Assembly (NCBI GenBank): GCA_031265685.1
Contig: JAISCI010000116.1
Location: forward strand, 1 to 57,837
Origin: Clostridiales bacterium
GTDB taxonomy: Bacteria > Bacillota > Clostridia > Lachnospirales > WRAX01
Reading direction: 5' to 3'
Length of the DNA stretch: 57,837 nt
Of this stretch, positions 10,076 through 19,665 are shown in pieces. The position numbers and the translations under genes are program-made. The notes under the pieces are model-generated. The model worked only from the letters and a program-made list of their open reading frames with translations, made no database searches and was not told the DNA's origin. The number at the start of each line of letters is the position of its first letter. Within the stretch, counting starts at the first letter, position 1.

Positions 10076-10751
10076 ATCCGCTCCTGATTATCAGCTCGGA
10101 AAACTCAAGGTCGCCCGGGTACGTTATCTTGAAATTCTCCGGCGTGTTCGGGGAAACCGCCGGGAAACCGCCTCCGAAGTCGATAAACAGGCTGCCGTCG
10201 TCTGTGAAGTCGGTTATTCCGGCCGCCGCGGCTCTCTCGTGCGCGGCGATTATGTCCGTCAGCGCGAAGCTTTGCGGCGTAGCGGCGGCGAACAAGCCCG
10301 CGCGCGGAATGACAGACCGCAACGCGGCCCCGTCCGACAGGTACAGCGTATCGGCGACGGGCGACGCCGTTACCGCCGCGCCGTGCCGCCGAGCGGCGGA
10401 TATGTTCGCCGCGATTGTCGCGGGAGAAACGAGCGGGCGGGCGGCGTCGTGAATTACGGCGATTTCCGCGCCGTATTCCCGAGCGGCGATCAGGCCGCCG
10501 TAAACGGACGACTGCCGCGTATCCCCGCCCGGAACCACCGTCAGCGGCTTGCTCCCGCCCATCCCGCGGATCTGCACGGCGCGCTCCGGCGCGGAGACCA
10601 CGACGATCTCATCCACGTCCGCCGCGCCCTCAAACGCCGCGAGCGTCCACGCCAGCACGGTTTTGCCCGCCAGATCCGCGAACTGCTTCGGAACGCCGCC
10701 GCCGAAACGGTTCCCGCGGCCGCCGGCGGCGATAACGGCTATAACCCTCAC
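10053..10751 (-). CDS. ispD: 2-C-methyl-D-erythritol 4-phosphate cytidylyltransferase
   Basis: The N-terminus VIAVIAAGGRGNRFGGGVPKQF and a length of 232 aa are typical of IspD. Confidence 0.9.
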   Translation of the reverse strand: MRVIAVIAAGGRGNRFGGGVPKQFADLAGKTVLAWTLAAFEGAADVDEIVVVSAPERAVQIRGMGGSKPLTVVPGGDTRQSSVYGGLIAAREYGAEIAVIHDAARPLVSPATIAANISAARRHGAAVTASPVADTLYLSDGAALRSVIPRAGLFAAATPQSFALTDIIAAHERAAAAGITDFTDDGSLFIDFGGGFPAVSPNTPENFKITYPGDLEFSELIIRSGYGEKVLP

Positions 10752-12643
10752 AGCGACAGCGCCCGCGACATAAGCGCGTTCGCGCGGTCGATGAAGGCGG
10801 CCATGGCGTCGTTTGTCAGCGGCTTGTGCGAGAGCAGCGCCAGATCGTACACCATCCCCGCGACCAGCGCCGCGTCCCCGGCCTTATCCTCGTCGCCCGC
10901 TATCTCGGACAGCTTCTTTATAATCGGGTTGGCGCGGTTGAGCGCCAGCGTCTCCCCGCCGCCGTACTCCGGGAACGCGCCGCTGCCCATCATGCGGGCG
11001 ATCTCGCCCATGCGGCGGTTCTGCTCAGCCAGCAGTATCACCGCCGGAACGCTCTCGGACTTTAGCGTCTCGGTTCGGACGGTCAGCTTGTCGTCCCCGG
11101 CCGCCCGGACGAACAGCTCCACCAGCGCGCCGTCGCCGCCGGATTCGCCGTCGGTTTTGACCGCGCCCGAGAGTTCCGCATCTATGCGGGAAAACTTGAG
11201 CTTGTCGTCGTAACTCTCCAAGTACGTCATGTAGGGCATATCGAGCCGCGTACCCATGACGGCGGCCTCGACGCCCTGATCGGCAAACAGCTTGACGTAC
11301 CGCGCCTGCCGCGCCGTATCGGTGACGTAAATGACGCGACCGTCGGTCTTCTCGCCGAACCGCTCGAGGTATTCCGCCGCCGTGACGCTGCCTCCGTCCG
11401 TCAGCTTGAAAAGCAGCGCTTCCTTCGCTTTGTCAAAGAACTGCCTGTCTTTGACGACGCCGTACTTGATGAACTGATTTATATCCTCCCAGTAACCGTT
11501 GTAGGCCTCGCGCGAGTCCTTCCACAGCTCGACCAGCTTGTCGGCGATTTTCTTCGTTATATAACCGCTCATCCTCGAAACCGTGCCGTCGTTTTGCAGG
11601 AAGCTTCTGGAGACGTTCAGCGGCACGTCCGGGCAGTCGAGACAGCCTTTTAGAAGCAGCAGAAACTCCGGGATCACTTCCTTGATGTTGTCCGCGACGA
11701 ATACCTGGTTCGAGAACAGCTTCACCTGCCCCTCGATTGTGTCCAGCTCTCGCTTCAGCTTCGGGAAATACAGTATCCCCTTGAGCCGGAACGGGTAGTC
11801 CATGTTCAGGTGGATCCAGAAGAGCGGATCCTCAAAATCCATGAACACCTCGTGGAAGAACTCGATATATTCCGCGTCTCCGACGTCGGACGGATTTTTG
11901 AGCCACAGCGGCGACGGGTTGTTTACCGGCGCGTCCCCGTGATCATGGCCGTGATCGTGTTCATGCTCATGGTCGTGATCATGATCGTGAGCGCGAGGCG
12001 CGTCGAAATAAATCGGGTACGGAACGAAAGCGCAGTATTTGCGCAGTATAGATCTCAGACGGAACTCGTCGAGGAAGTCCGAAGCGTCCTCGGAGACGAA
12101 CAGCGTGACAGCCGTGCCGCGCTCCGTCCTGCCGCCCGCCGTCAGCGTGTATTCGGCTTCGCCGTCGGACTCCCATGTGACGGCGTCCGCGCCTTCGCGG
12201 TACGACAGCGAGTCGATGCGGACGCGCTCGGCGACCATGAACGCCGAATAGAAGCCCAGCCCAAAATGACCGATGATGTCGTTCGCGCCCTCGGCCTCGT
12301 ATTTGGACAGGAAATCCGCCGCGCCCGAGAAAGCGATCTGGTTGATATATTTGCGCACCTCGTCGGCGTCCATCCCGACGCCGTCGTCGGAGACGGTTAT
12401 CGTCCGCGCGTCCTTATCGAGAGCGACGCGTATAGCGAACGGCGTGTCAGCGTTAATTCCGCCCGGTTCGCGCGAAATATCGGCGCCGCCCGCCGCGACG
12501 AGCCTTTTCAGCTTCGATATGGCGTCGGCGGCGTTCGAGACGAGTTCCCGCAGGAATATATCCGAGTCCGAATACATCCATTTTTTGATAATCGGCATTA
12601 TATTCTCGCTGCTGATTGTAAGTTCGCCTTTTTCGTCGATCAT
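10748..12643 (-). CDS. htpG: Molecular chaperone HtpG (Hsp90 family) with a His/Asp-rich insertion
   Basis: The GHKL N-domain motifs are FLRELVSNAADAISKL and GHFGLGFYSAF. The length is 631 aa. An unusual HDHDHDHEHEHDHGHDHG tract lies at about nt 11933-11989. Confidence 0.95.
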   Translation of the reverse strand: MIDEKGELTISSENIMPIIKKWMYSDSDIFLRELVSNAADAISKLKRLVAAGGADISREPGGINADTPFAIRVALDKDARTITVSDDGVGMDADEVRKYINQIAFSGAADFLSKYEAEGANDIIGHFGLGFYSAFMVAERVRIDSLSYREGADAVTWESDGEAEYTLTAGGRTERGTAVTLFVSEDASDFLDEFRLRSILRKYCAFVPYPIYFDAPRAHDHDHDHEHEHDHGHDHGDAPVNNPSPLWLKNPSDVGDAEYIEFFHEVFMDFEDPLFWIHLNMDYPFRLKGILYFPKLKRELDTIEGQVKLFSNQVFVADNIKEVIPEFLLLLKGCLDCPDVPLNVSRSFLQNDGTVSRMSGYITKKIADKLVELWKDSREAYNGYWEDINQFIKYGVVKDRQFFDKAKEALLFKLTDGGSVTAAEYLERFGEKTDGRVIYVTDTARQARYVKLFADQGVEAAVMGTRLDMPYMTYLESYDDKLKFSRIDAELSGAVKTDGESGGDGALVELFVRAAGDDKLTVRTETLKSESVPAVILLAEQNRRMGEIARMMGSGAFPEYGGGETLALNRANPIIKKLSEIAGDEDKAGDAALVAGMVYDLALLSHKPLTNDAMAAFIDRANALMSRALSL

Positions 12644-14088
12644 AGCCCCAATTCCTCCCGCAAAACTTGGAGTATTTTTGTTTTGTCCTCAATCCGCGCC
12701 AAATATCCCAGTATTCTCCCGCCCATACCAAGCTCCATCAGATCCGAGCCGAAGAGCGTCGCGTCGCGGAGTATCTCCTCCGGACGCTTCGCGCGAAGCT
12801 CGTTAAGCCTTGGGTCCGGGCTGAGATTCTCCAGCGGCTCGCGCAGGTAGCGCAGCCATCCGGCGATAGCCAGCGGTATACCGATAAGCTCCGACTGGCG
12901 GCCATTCGCGGCGTGCGCCTTTATCGTCTCGCCGAAACGGATACCCACTTTCTGGCTCGTATCCGTCGCGATACGCGCGGGAACGTCCGGAATATAGGGG
13001 TTCGGCAGGCGCTCGCCAATGACCTCGTCAAGGAAGGCTTTGGGTTCGATAATGCCGGGACGCGTCACTACAGGCAGGCCCTCGCCGTACCCGATCCGCC
13101 GGACCAGCGCCGAAAGCTCCGGCGATTCCATCTCGCTCCATATCGAGCCGTATCCCAGCAGGCAGCCGTAGACGGCCAGCGCCGTATGCAGCGGGTTAAG
13201 GCACGCCGTTACTTTCATGCGCTCGGCCTTGCCCACCGTATCGCGGTCGGCGAGGATTACCCCGGCCGCGTCAAGCGGCGGGCGGCCGTTCGGGAAGTCG
13301 TCCTCAATCACGAGGTACTGGGCGGCTTCGGCGTTCACGAAAGGCGCGATAAACGTGCCCTTCCCCGTCGTAACGGGGTCGATCCCCGTGAAGCCGTCCG
13401 CCGCCAGCGCGTCGCGGACACGGCTGTCCGGACGCGGTGTTATCTTATCAATCATCGTCCACGGGAACGAGACGTTCGCGCGGATCCATCCGGCGAGCGC
13501 CTCGTCCGCGCCCGCCGCCTCAAGAACGCCCGCCTTGAGTATATCGCCGTTTTTCGAGCAGTTGTCCATGCTGACCAGCGCCAGCGGGGCGCCGCAAGCC
13601 TCGCGGCGTTCCCGGAGCAGCGCGGCGAGCGTGAACGGCAGCGAGCCGGGCCGCGGCGCGTAACCCTTTTCCGTTATCGTGAAGCTGACCATCTGGAGGG
13701 CCGGATCGCGGAAATACCCCGCCAGCGCGTCATAGTCCGCGCCGGCGGCCGTCAGTCCTCTCGCGACGGACGCGACCACGCGGCGCGAGGCCGAGCCGTT
13801 CGCGCGCAATGTAACTACAAGCGCAAGACAATCATGCGGATCGTAAATCTTTTCGATTATCTCCGGGTCGAAACTTTCCGCGGCGATTATCCCCGCGTCC
13901 GCGTACCCGGCTTCCAGCAGGTCGTCGGCCAGGGCCGCGACGTACCCTCGGAAGATGTTGCCCGCGCCAAAGTGTATCCAGCGCGGACTGGCGATCGTCC
14001 GCGCGCGCGCGGCGGCGACGTCGTACCGGGGCAGACGCGCGCCCGCCCAGCCGTCCCCGGCAAGCGATTCAAGGTTCAGTGCCGGCAT
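12640..14088 (-). CDS. Mannitol dehydrogenase family oxidoreductase (UxuB/UxaB-like)
   Basis: An N-terminal Rossmann motif WIHFGAGNIFRG, a length of 482 aa and a C-terminal helical domain fit the family. The ATGA stop/start overlap with htpG is at 12640-12643. Confidence 0.7.
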   Translation of the reverse strand: MPALNLESLAGDGWAGARLPRYDVAAARARTIASPRWIHFGAGNIFRGYVAALADDLLEAGYADAGIIAAESFDPEIIEKIYDPHDCLALVVTLRANGSASRRVVASVARGLTAAGADYDALAGYFRDPALQMVSFTITEKGYAPRPGSLPFTLAALLRERREACGAPLALVSMDNCSKNGDILKAGVLEAAGADEALAGWIRANVSFPWTMIDKITPRPDSRVRDALAADGFTGIDPVTTGKGTFIAPFVNAEAAQYLVIEDDFPNGRPPLDAAGVILADRDTVGKAERMKVTACLNPLHTALAVYGCLLGYGSIWSEMESPELSALVRRIGYGEGLPVVTRPGIIEPKAFLDEVIGERLPNPYIPDVPARIATDTSQKVGIRFGETIKAHAANGRQSELIGIPLAIAGWLRYLREPLENLSPDPRLNELRAKRPEEILRDATLFGSDLMELGMGGRILGYLARIEDKTKILQVLREELGL

Positions 14089-14089
14089 G

Positions 14090-15784
14090 TCAATCCCCTT
14101 TCGGCGTCTCCGCCTTGTATCCGCTCTTCAGCGGAACCACCCTGTTAAACACCGTCCGCTCCGGCGTAGTCAGCTTGTAGTCCACGCAGAAATACCCGTT
14201 CCGCATAAACTGCACGCTCTGACCGGGTTTCGCGGCTGCCGCGAACGGCTCCGCCACAGCTGACACCTCCGTCAGCGTGACCGGGTTTTTCGTGACGCCC
14301 GCCTCGCTCGCCGGATCGTCATACACAAGATAATCCAGCAGCCGCGCCGTAACCGGGACTGCCGCCGCCGTGCTGACCCAGTGAATCGTGCCTTTGGGCC
14401 TGCGCTCCGCGAATCCGCTTCCGGACTTTGTCGCCGGGTCGTATGTCGCGTGGACGGCCAGCAACTCGCCGTCCGCGCCGTAATCGGCGTGCGTCGCGGT
14501 GACGAAATACGCGCCTTTGAGCCGTACCTCGCGCCCCGGGGACAGCCGGAAGAACTTCCTCGGCGCGTCCTCCATGTAGTCCCCGCGCTCGATAAAAAGC
14601 TCCCGCGAGAACACCGTCTCACGCATACCCATGGACGCGTCCCCGGGATGGTTGTCTAATGTTACCGTTTCGGACTGTCCCTCCGGGTAATTGTCGATTA
14701 TCAGTTTAACCGGATCCAGCACGGCCATGACGACCGGCGCTTTCGCCTTCAGGCCCTCGCGGACGAAATGCTCGAGCTGGGATATGTCCGTGCGGCTGTC
14801 GGCCTTGGCGTATCCGACGGAATAGCAGAAGTTCCGGATCGCTTCGGGCGTGTACCCGCGCCGCCTCATGCCGGAAAGCGTCGCCAGGCGCGGGTCGTCC
14901 CAGCCGTCTACCTCGCCGCTCATCACCAGCTCGCGCATATAGCGCTTGCCCATAATCGTGTTCGTAAGCCGCAGCTTCGCGAACTCGGTCTGAACGGGCC
15001 GCGCGGGCAGTTCCGCGTTTGCCGCGACCCAATCGTACAGCGGGCGGTGATCCTCGAACTCCAGAGTGCAGAGCGATGTCGTGACGCCCTCTACAGCGTC
15101 CTCCAGCGGATGCGCGTAGTCATACATCGGGTAGACCGACCATTTATCTCCGGCGCGGTGGTGCGTGGCGCGGGCGATCCGGTATATCACCGGGTCGCGC
15201 ATATTTATGTTGGGCGACGCCATGTCGATCCTCGCGCGCAGCGTCATCGCGCCGTCCGGGAAATCCCCGGCACGCATCCGCGCGAAAAGTTCCAGGCTTT
15301 CGGCGGCCGGCCTGTCGCGGAAGGGCGACGGAATGCCCGGAGCTGACAGCGTTCCGCGGTATTCCCGCATTTTCTCGGCGGGCAGCTCGCAGACATACGC
15401 CAGACCTTTCTCGATCAGCCGGACGGCGCGGTCATAGAAAATATCGAAGTAGTCCGACGCGAAGAACAGCCTGTCGCCGTAATCGAATCCCAGCCATTTG
15501 ACGTCCGCGAGGATCGACTCGACGTATTCGCCGTCCTCCTTGGCGGGGTTCGTGTCGTCGAAGCGCATGTTGCAGACGCCTCCGTACAACCGCGCCATTC
15601 CGAAGTTAAGGCAGATACTCTTCGCGTGGCCGATATGCAGACAGCCGTTCGGCTCGGGTGGGAAGCGCGTGACAATTTTCGTCAGATCCGAACCCACGGT
15701 ATCTTTTATAACGGCATGGATAAACCCGGCGGTCTCCGCGAGCGCGGTATGGTCGAGGTTGGGCAAGAGATCATATCCTTTCAT
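14090..15784 (-). CDS. glnS: Glutamine--tRNA ligase
   Basis: The class I motifs are HIGH (PNGCLHIGHAK) and VMSGEV. GWDDPRLATLSGMRRRGYTPEAIRNFC is typical of GlnRS. ATG at 15784 is preferred over the TTG at 15820, because that TTG is the first three bases of a TTGACA box. Confidence 0.93.
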   Translation of the reverse strand: MKGYDLLPNLDHTALAETAGFIHAVIKDTVGSDLTKIVTRFPPEPNGCLHIGHAKSICLNFGMARLYGGVCNMRFDDTNPAKEDGEYVESILADVKWLGFDYGDRLFFASDYFDIFYDRAVRLIEKGLAYVCELPAEKMREYRGTLSAPGIPSPFRDRPAAESLELFARMRAGDFPDGAMTLRARIDMASPNINMRDPVIYRIARATHHRAGDKWSVYPMYDYAHPLEDAVEGVTTSLCTLEFEDHRPLYDWVAANAELPARPVQTEFAKLRLTNTIMGKRYMRELVMSGEVDGWDDPRLATLSGMRRRGYTPEAIRNFCYSVGYAKADSRTDISQLEHFVREGLKAKAPVVMAVLDPVKLIIDNYPEGQSETVTLDNHPGDASMGMRETVFSRELFIERGDYMEDAPRKFFRLSPGREVRLKGAYFVTATHADYGADGELLAVHATYDPATKSGSGFAERRPKGTIHWVSTAAAVPVTARLLDYLVYDDPASEAGVTKNPVTLTEVSAVAEPFAAAAKPGQSVQFMRNGYFCVDYKLTTPERTVFNRVVPLKSGYKAETPKGD

Positions 15785-15791
15785 TTGATAT

Positions 15792-15820
15792 AGTATAGAT
15801 GGTCGCCGGTGGAATGTCAA
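15792..15820 (-). promoter_or_regulatory. Near-consensus promoter (TTGACA, 17 nt, TATACT) ending 7 nt from the glnS ATG
   Basis: On the minus strand, TTGACA is at 15820-15815 and TATACT at 15797-15792. The ATG is at 15784-15782. There is no Shine-Dalgarno sequence between them. Confidence 0.45.
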
Positions 15821-15882
15821 GAGCCGGCTCGGCGGCCCCTCGCCGTGGTAAATATGCGGGAATTAAATGATCTTGTGAGGGT

Positions 15883-15908
15883 AATTTTCGCCTGAACCCG
15901 CGAAAATT
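15883..15908. repeat. REP-like hairpin unit AATTTTCGC-CTGAACCC-GCGAAAATT
   Basis: Read directly. Confidence 0.75.
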
Positions 15909-16167
15909 CGTATCGCCATCAATCATCTTAACCGCGCTCGCCGTGTTCAACAACGATCCGTGGGACATCGAGAAAGGCAAACGCTGTATCGACCTTATCA
16001 TAGGCCACAAGTCCAGGGACGTCGGGGAGCGGGTTTGCCCGCTTAGATAAGCTGACGGCAACCGATGGTCGCGAGGTGACTCGGCTGGAGGTCGCCTTGG
16101 ATTTCGACCGCTGGGTAAGTTATGAATACCCAGTTAAATCCATGCCCTACATGTTCGATAAGCCAAT

Positions 16168-16193
16168 GAATTTTGCCTGAACCCGCAAAAGTC
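16168..16193. repeat. REP-like hairpin unit GAATTTTGC-CTGAACCC-GCAAAAGTC
   Basis: Read directly. Confidence 0.75.
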
Positions 16194-16202
16194 CATATTG
16201 CT

Positions 16203-16760
16203 TCATCGACGGAGATTTCGGGAGGCCATTTTCAAACTCTCCGGCTGCAAAGCCTGGAACGATAACGATCTGGCCAACGACACCGGAGTTGACTACCTGA
16301 TGTAAAAATGCGCCGACGCCGAACAATACAAGAACTACCGCGAATGAATTTTGCTTGGTTCAAAGCATTTTTACATGGACGAAGTCTGCGTGACAGAAGT
16401 TTGCGTGAACCAAGCAAACTTCGGCCAAGCAAACTTCGGCCAAGCAAACTTCTGTCACGCGAAAATGCTTTGAACCAAGCGAAATTCAATAGGCGTCGTA
16501 ACAGCGCTATGCGCGGCCAGATAAGCCGCCCTACCCATATTGCTGGGTTCTTCGAGTTTAGCGTTATTATACCATGGCAGTCAAATGCTACGATACTTAT
16601 CGCCAGCGGCGTGAACATCGCTTCGGTAAGCAAGCGGTTGAGCCACGCAAAGATAGCAACGACTATTGGCAGATATACCCACGCGATTGACAGCAGGGAC
16701 GCGACCGCCGCCGGCATGTTGGATGATGTGTTCTCTAAGAATCGCAAACGTGATATATAA
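16203..16760 (+). pseudogene. Tyrosine recombinase / phage-type integrase remnant, interrupted by a composite palindromic element
   Basis: The C-terminal catalytic region is recognisable (NATILIASGVNIASVSKRLSHAKIATTIGRYTHAI, covering the HxxR-to-Tyr region) at about 16570-16760. A possible upstream piece (KAWNDNDLANDTG) lies at about 16240-16300. The nested palindrome at 16343-16490 lies between them. There is no intact N-terminus. Confidence 0.55.
16343..16490. repeat. Composite nested palindrome (MITE-like) built from REP-family words, with a 3x15-bp tandem core
   Basis: The outer arms are GAATTTTGCTTGGTTCAAAGCATTTT / GAAAATGCTTTGAACCAAGCGAAATTC. The inner arms are GCGTGACAGAAGTTTGC / GCAAACTTCTGTCACGC. 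The centre is CCAAGCAAACTTCGG repeated three times. Confidence 0.8.
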
Positions 16761-16860
16761 AGTGAATCGTAATTTGTCGGTATTTATTCAAGTCTGTCAG
16801 AGCCTGTTAAAATAAATTATCCGCATAGTACCCAGAAGCACCATTTTTCTGGGCGGCGCA

Positions 16861-16899
16861 AAAAATAAAAAGCCCCGTAAACCGGATGTTTACGGGGCT
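16861..16899 (-). terminator. Rho-independent terminator (12-bp stem AGCCCCGTAAAC/GTTTACGGGGCT followed by a U-tract on the minus strand)
   Basis: A perfect hairpin followed on the minus strand by TTTTATTTTT. It lies directly 3' of the tRNA fragment. Confidence 0.75.
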
Positions 16900-16907
16900 T
16901 TTCACCG

Positions 16908-16956
16908 AGCGCGAGACGAGATTCGAACTCGCGAACCTCGGCTTGGGAAGCCGGGG
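16908..16956 (-). pseudogene. 3' half of a tRNA-Gly(CCC): anticodon arm, T-arm and acceptor 3' strand. The 5' half is missing.
   Basis: The minus strand reads CCGGC-TTCCCAA-GCCGA (anticodon CCC), then GCGAG-TTCGAAT-CTCGT (T-arm), then CTCGCGC plus discriminator T. The sequence 5' of the anticodon stem has no D-arm and no complementary acceptor strand. Confidence 0.5.
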
Positions 16957-17482
16957 GTTAGCTTATTCGCATATATCATTCTCTGTTGAAAATCCCGTAT
17001 TAAGCGTTTTAATTTCCTGCTCCTGTTATAGTTTGTTGTCTATTATCGGAGATTTTTGAACAGTTGTCCCCCATTTTGTCCCCCCCCCCATATCTGACTA
17101 TATCTGCTTACAGCGTCAAATATATTTGTATTGATAGTGTTTAACTATTATACGGAGATGCCAATAGAGAAATAACGAGTATTAACTTGAAGTGATAAAA
17201 CTGCGAGAAACAATAGTTTATCCCAACGACAAACTGATCGAGTATCTGAACTATCCGCGGATTAAAAGCTTGGACGATGAATCGAGCCAAGTATTCGCTC
17301 GCGGCGGTTTTAGAAAGAGTTCAGCGGTATCCGCGGACGGTGCGCTCTATGTGACATATGGCTGTGGCGACAGGTGATATCTGAACGTTACGTTTATCGA
17401 CGACGGCGCTCGGGCTGCTTTCTTGATTTCGCTATTGAAAGCCGAATATATTTATGGTATTCTATGCTTGAGGGTGAGGACT

Positions 17483-18121
17483 ATGAAAAAGGCCTTATTA
17501 CCAATTCTGACATGCGTTATACTGGCGTCCGGGTGCGGCGCTGTTGTTTCGGAACCGGCGGGCGCGGTCGTTACCAGCGCTCCCGATTTGAATGATAACA
17601 AGACCGCTTCGCCGGAGCCAGCTTATTATACCGGCGACATAAATATTGATTATCTTATGCGCAGACTGCGCCATATAGTGAAATACGTCAACACGGACGT
17701 GTCCAACGAGCCGTCGCGGCTGGACGCTTACAATCAGGAGATTGACGCCTCTTTCGCGAACGATTATTTAGCAGGGCAGTTTACCGGCTGCTATACGTTT
17801 ATACAAGAGGGCATGCGAATCATCATTGACGGCTGCAATATAACCATAAAAACGGTTATCGTTTCGCCCGGCGGCGAGCGGAAGAGCGCGGATTACGGGC
17901 TTGTGACGTACAAGCCCCGCTCCGATATCATCTATAGCCTGGTATCGGCGGATATATATGACGATACTCGCAACCAAAGCGCCGTTATCCTGACGATTGA
18001 CGGAGTAGATCTCTATGAACCTTGGTATACGGTGAATAACAACGGCGTTGTGAGATACAGCCTGGAAGACCCGCTTCCCGGCGACTGGGCCGCGGGGTGG
18101 CGGGGTGGCGGGGCACACTGA
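17483..18121 (+). CDS. Lipoprotein (hypothetical)
   Basis: MKKALLPILTCVILASGCG contains the lipobox LASGC. A GAGGGTGAGGA RBS precedes the ATG at 17483. The region is low in GC. Confidence 0.65.
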   Translation: MKKALLPILTCVILASGCGAVVSEPAGAVVTSAPDLNDNKTASPEPAYYTGDINIDYLMRRLRHIVKYVNTDVSNEPSRLDAYNQEIDASFANDYLAGQFTGCYTFIQEGMRIIIDGCNITIKTVIVSPGGERKSADYGLVTYKPRSDIIYSLVSADIYDDTRNQSAVILTIDGVDLYEPWYTVNNNGVVRYSLEDPLPGDWAAGWRGGGAH

Positions 18122-18150
18122 CTAATTTGCATTCGGAGAACAATGACAAT

Positions 18151-18696
18151 ATGTTTATTGGCATACACAAATGCATTGTATCAGGCGGCACGGCATATGT
18201 CGTGGTGACTTACTGCCATGTCAGCGATACGTTTGTTTATAACCTCGCGGATAAGACGGGATACTGGATGTCCGGCGCCGAAGAGTTAGGCGAGTTCTAT
18301 CAATCCGAAATAGCCGCGCTGCGGGAACTGAAAGACAGATACGACGTATTATACGGCTATCATAACTTCAATCTCATTACAATCTCCGCGGAACATGGAT
18401 TCGTTTTGCTGCATCGCTCGCTGTATCCGAGCACGATTGAGGGCCAGTATATTATGCGCAATCTCGCTACAGGCGAAGAAACCGTTATATGCGGCAGTTA
18501 CATGAGAGACCGCGACCGTATAGTCTCGTTTATGGAGGAGGCGTTCAAATGGCTGGACGCCGATACCTTACGTCTTGGAGTGTGCAGCAATACCACCGAC
18601 GGATGGGCGACTACGTACGACGCGGTTTATAACGGCGAGGAATGGGTGGTTACAGAGGTCGCTATACCAATAGGCGTGTGGAATACCGCTGATTAA
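18151..18696 (+). CDS. Hypothetical protein
   Basis: The ORF follows the lipoprotein gene. The ATG at 18151 has a GGAGA RBS. I recognise no family. Confidence 0.5.
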   Translation: MFIGIHKCIVSGGTAYVVVTYCHVSDTFVYNLADKTGYWMSGAEELGEFYQSEIAALRELKDRYDVLYGYHNFNLITISAEHGFVLLHRSLYPSTIEGQYIMRNLATGEETVICGSYMRDRDRIVSFMEEAFKWLDADTLRLGVCSNTTDGWATTYDAVYNGEEWVVTEVAIPIGVWNTAD

Positions 18697-18777
18697 TATC
18701 GCGGGTCGAGAATGAGCCGAGCGCGTACTCAGCTCATTCTTGATGTTATAAGGCCATATGGCGGATATTGATTTTGC

Positions 18778-19665
18778 CTAGTCCTGCCCGTTCCAGTCAC
18801 ACGAATTGGATACGGAAGTGTACAAGGCAATCTGACAGTAAACAGATTCAGTTGCGTCCGCGCTTCTGTGCGCGGTATTTCCGGATTCTTTGAATTGGAC
18901 TTTACCGCTATGTCCGCCGTCTATTAAAAGTACTTTTGTGCAACTCATACTTTTCATAACTGCGTATAATTCAAACACGGTCAAACCGTTGGTAAAACCG
19001 ACGCTGCCATCTGTTCCCGGACTGTTTGTATTAAAGAACGTACCGAAGATTAGCTCTGAACCCTTATACGCGATAACGGAACGCACCGAGCGATTAGCAT
19101 ATCCCGGTAACCATTGAGTGGTTATATTACCGGTATAGTTAGGGGGCGTTCCGGTGCTGAACCGATTGTTAAGAGCGGCCGCGAGGGCATTGGAATCAGC
19201 GTATGTTGTGCCGCTGTCCACCATCAAGTCGAATCCGCCGATCGCCCAGCCGATTGTCGAACCGGAAGGGGCGGTTGGTAAAGTGGCGGTTCTCTGCTGC
19301 AATCCAAGCGCGTATGAATACCCATTGGATGAGGGCACGTAAGTCTTCACGCAATACAAGCAATCCATTCTGGTGGCATTATTGCCCTGTTCGGCTACAT
19401 TAGTATTACCGCCGTTTCTGACAGCCTCGCCGTCCTAGATATGGAAAGCCGTCATTGCGCTGGCGCTCGCGAAGAACGATGCGTTCGTGCCAAATCGTTA
19501 CCAGTCTGGAGCTTTGGTGGTACCAACATTAAGAATCTCAATGTCCCATGGATTACACCGATAATAATACCCGTAGAACGTATGAGTATTATTTGTTGAT
19601 GCCAGAAGCGGCGCATTTGATGCGCTGAACGTCTTGCCTTTGACAAATATTGCTATTCCAATCAT
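18778..19665 (-). pseudogene. Phosphodiester glycosidase (NAGPA/DUF2233-like) gene with two in-frame stop codons
   Basis: One reading frame runs from the ATG at 19665 to the TAG at 18778. It is broken by TAA (19500-19498) and TAG (19437-19435). The read-through translation ...KAPDW*RFGTNASFFASASAMTAFHI*DGEAVRNGGN... continues into the 196-aa ORF that contains LLIDGGHSG. Confidence 0.55.

Noticed and set aside
12667-14148. A 493-aa plus-strand ORF, with similar long ORFs at 11810-12850, 10239-11213, 5916-6800, 8533-9273 and 52340-53227
   Set aside because: Each lies antisense to a gene with clear family motifs (mannitol-DH-family, htpG, ispD, clpX, the 485-aa protein, ABC-F). Their translations are Arg/Ala/Pro-rich low-complexity sequence, typical of shadow ORFs in GC-rich DNA.
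16395-16450. Possible CRISPR-like array (CCAAGCAAACTTCGG repeated three times)
   Set aside because: These are contiguous 15-bp tandem repeats with no spacers, and they sit in the centre of a nested palindrome. There are no cas genes in the window.
16908-16956. A functional tRNA gene
   Set aside because: Only the anticodon arm, T-arm and 3' acceptor strand are present. The upstream sequence cannot form a D-arm or pair with the acceptor strand.
19435-19500. Programmed stop-codon read-through or recoding in the glycosidase gene
   Set aside because: Two different stop codons (TAA and TAG) are involved. All other genes in the window use standard stops, and the gene sits in decaying low-GC cargo. 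It is most simply a pseudogene.
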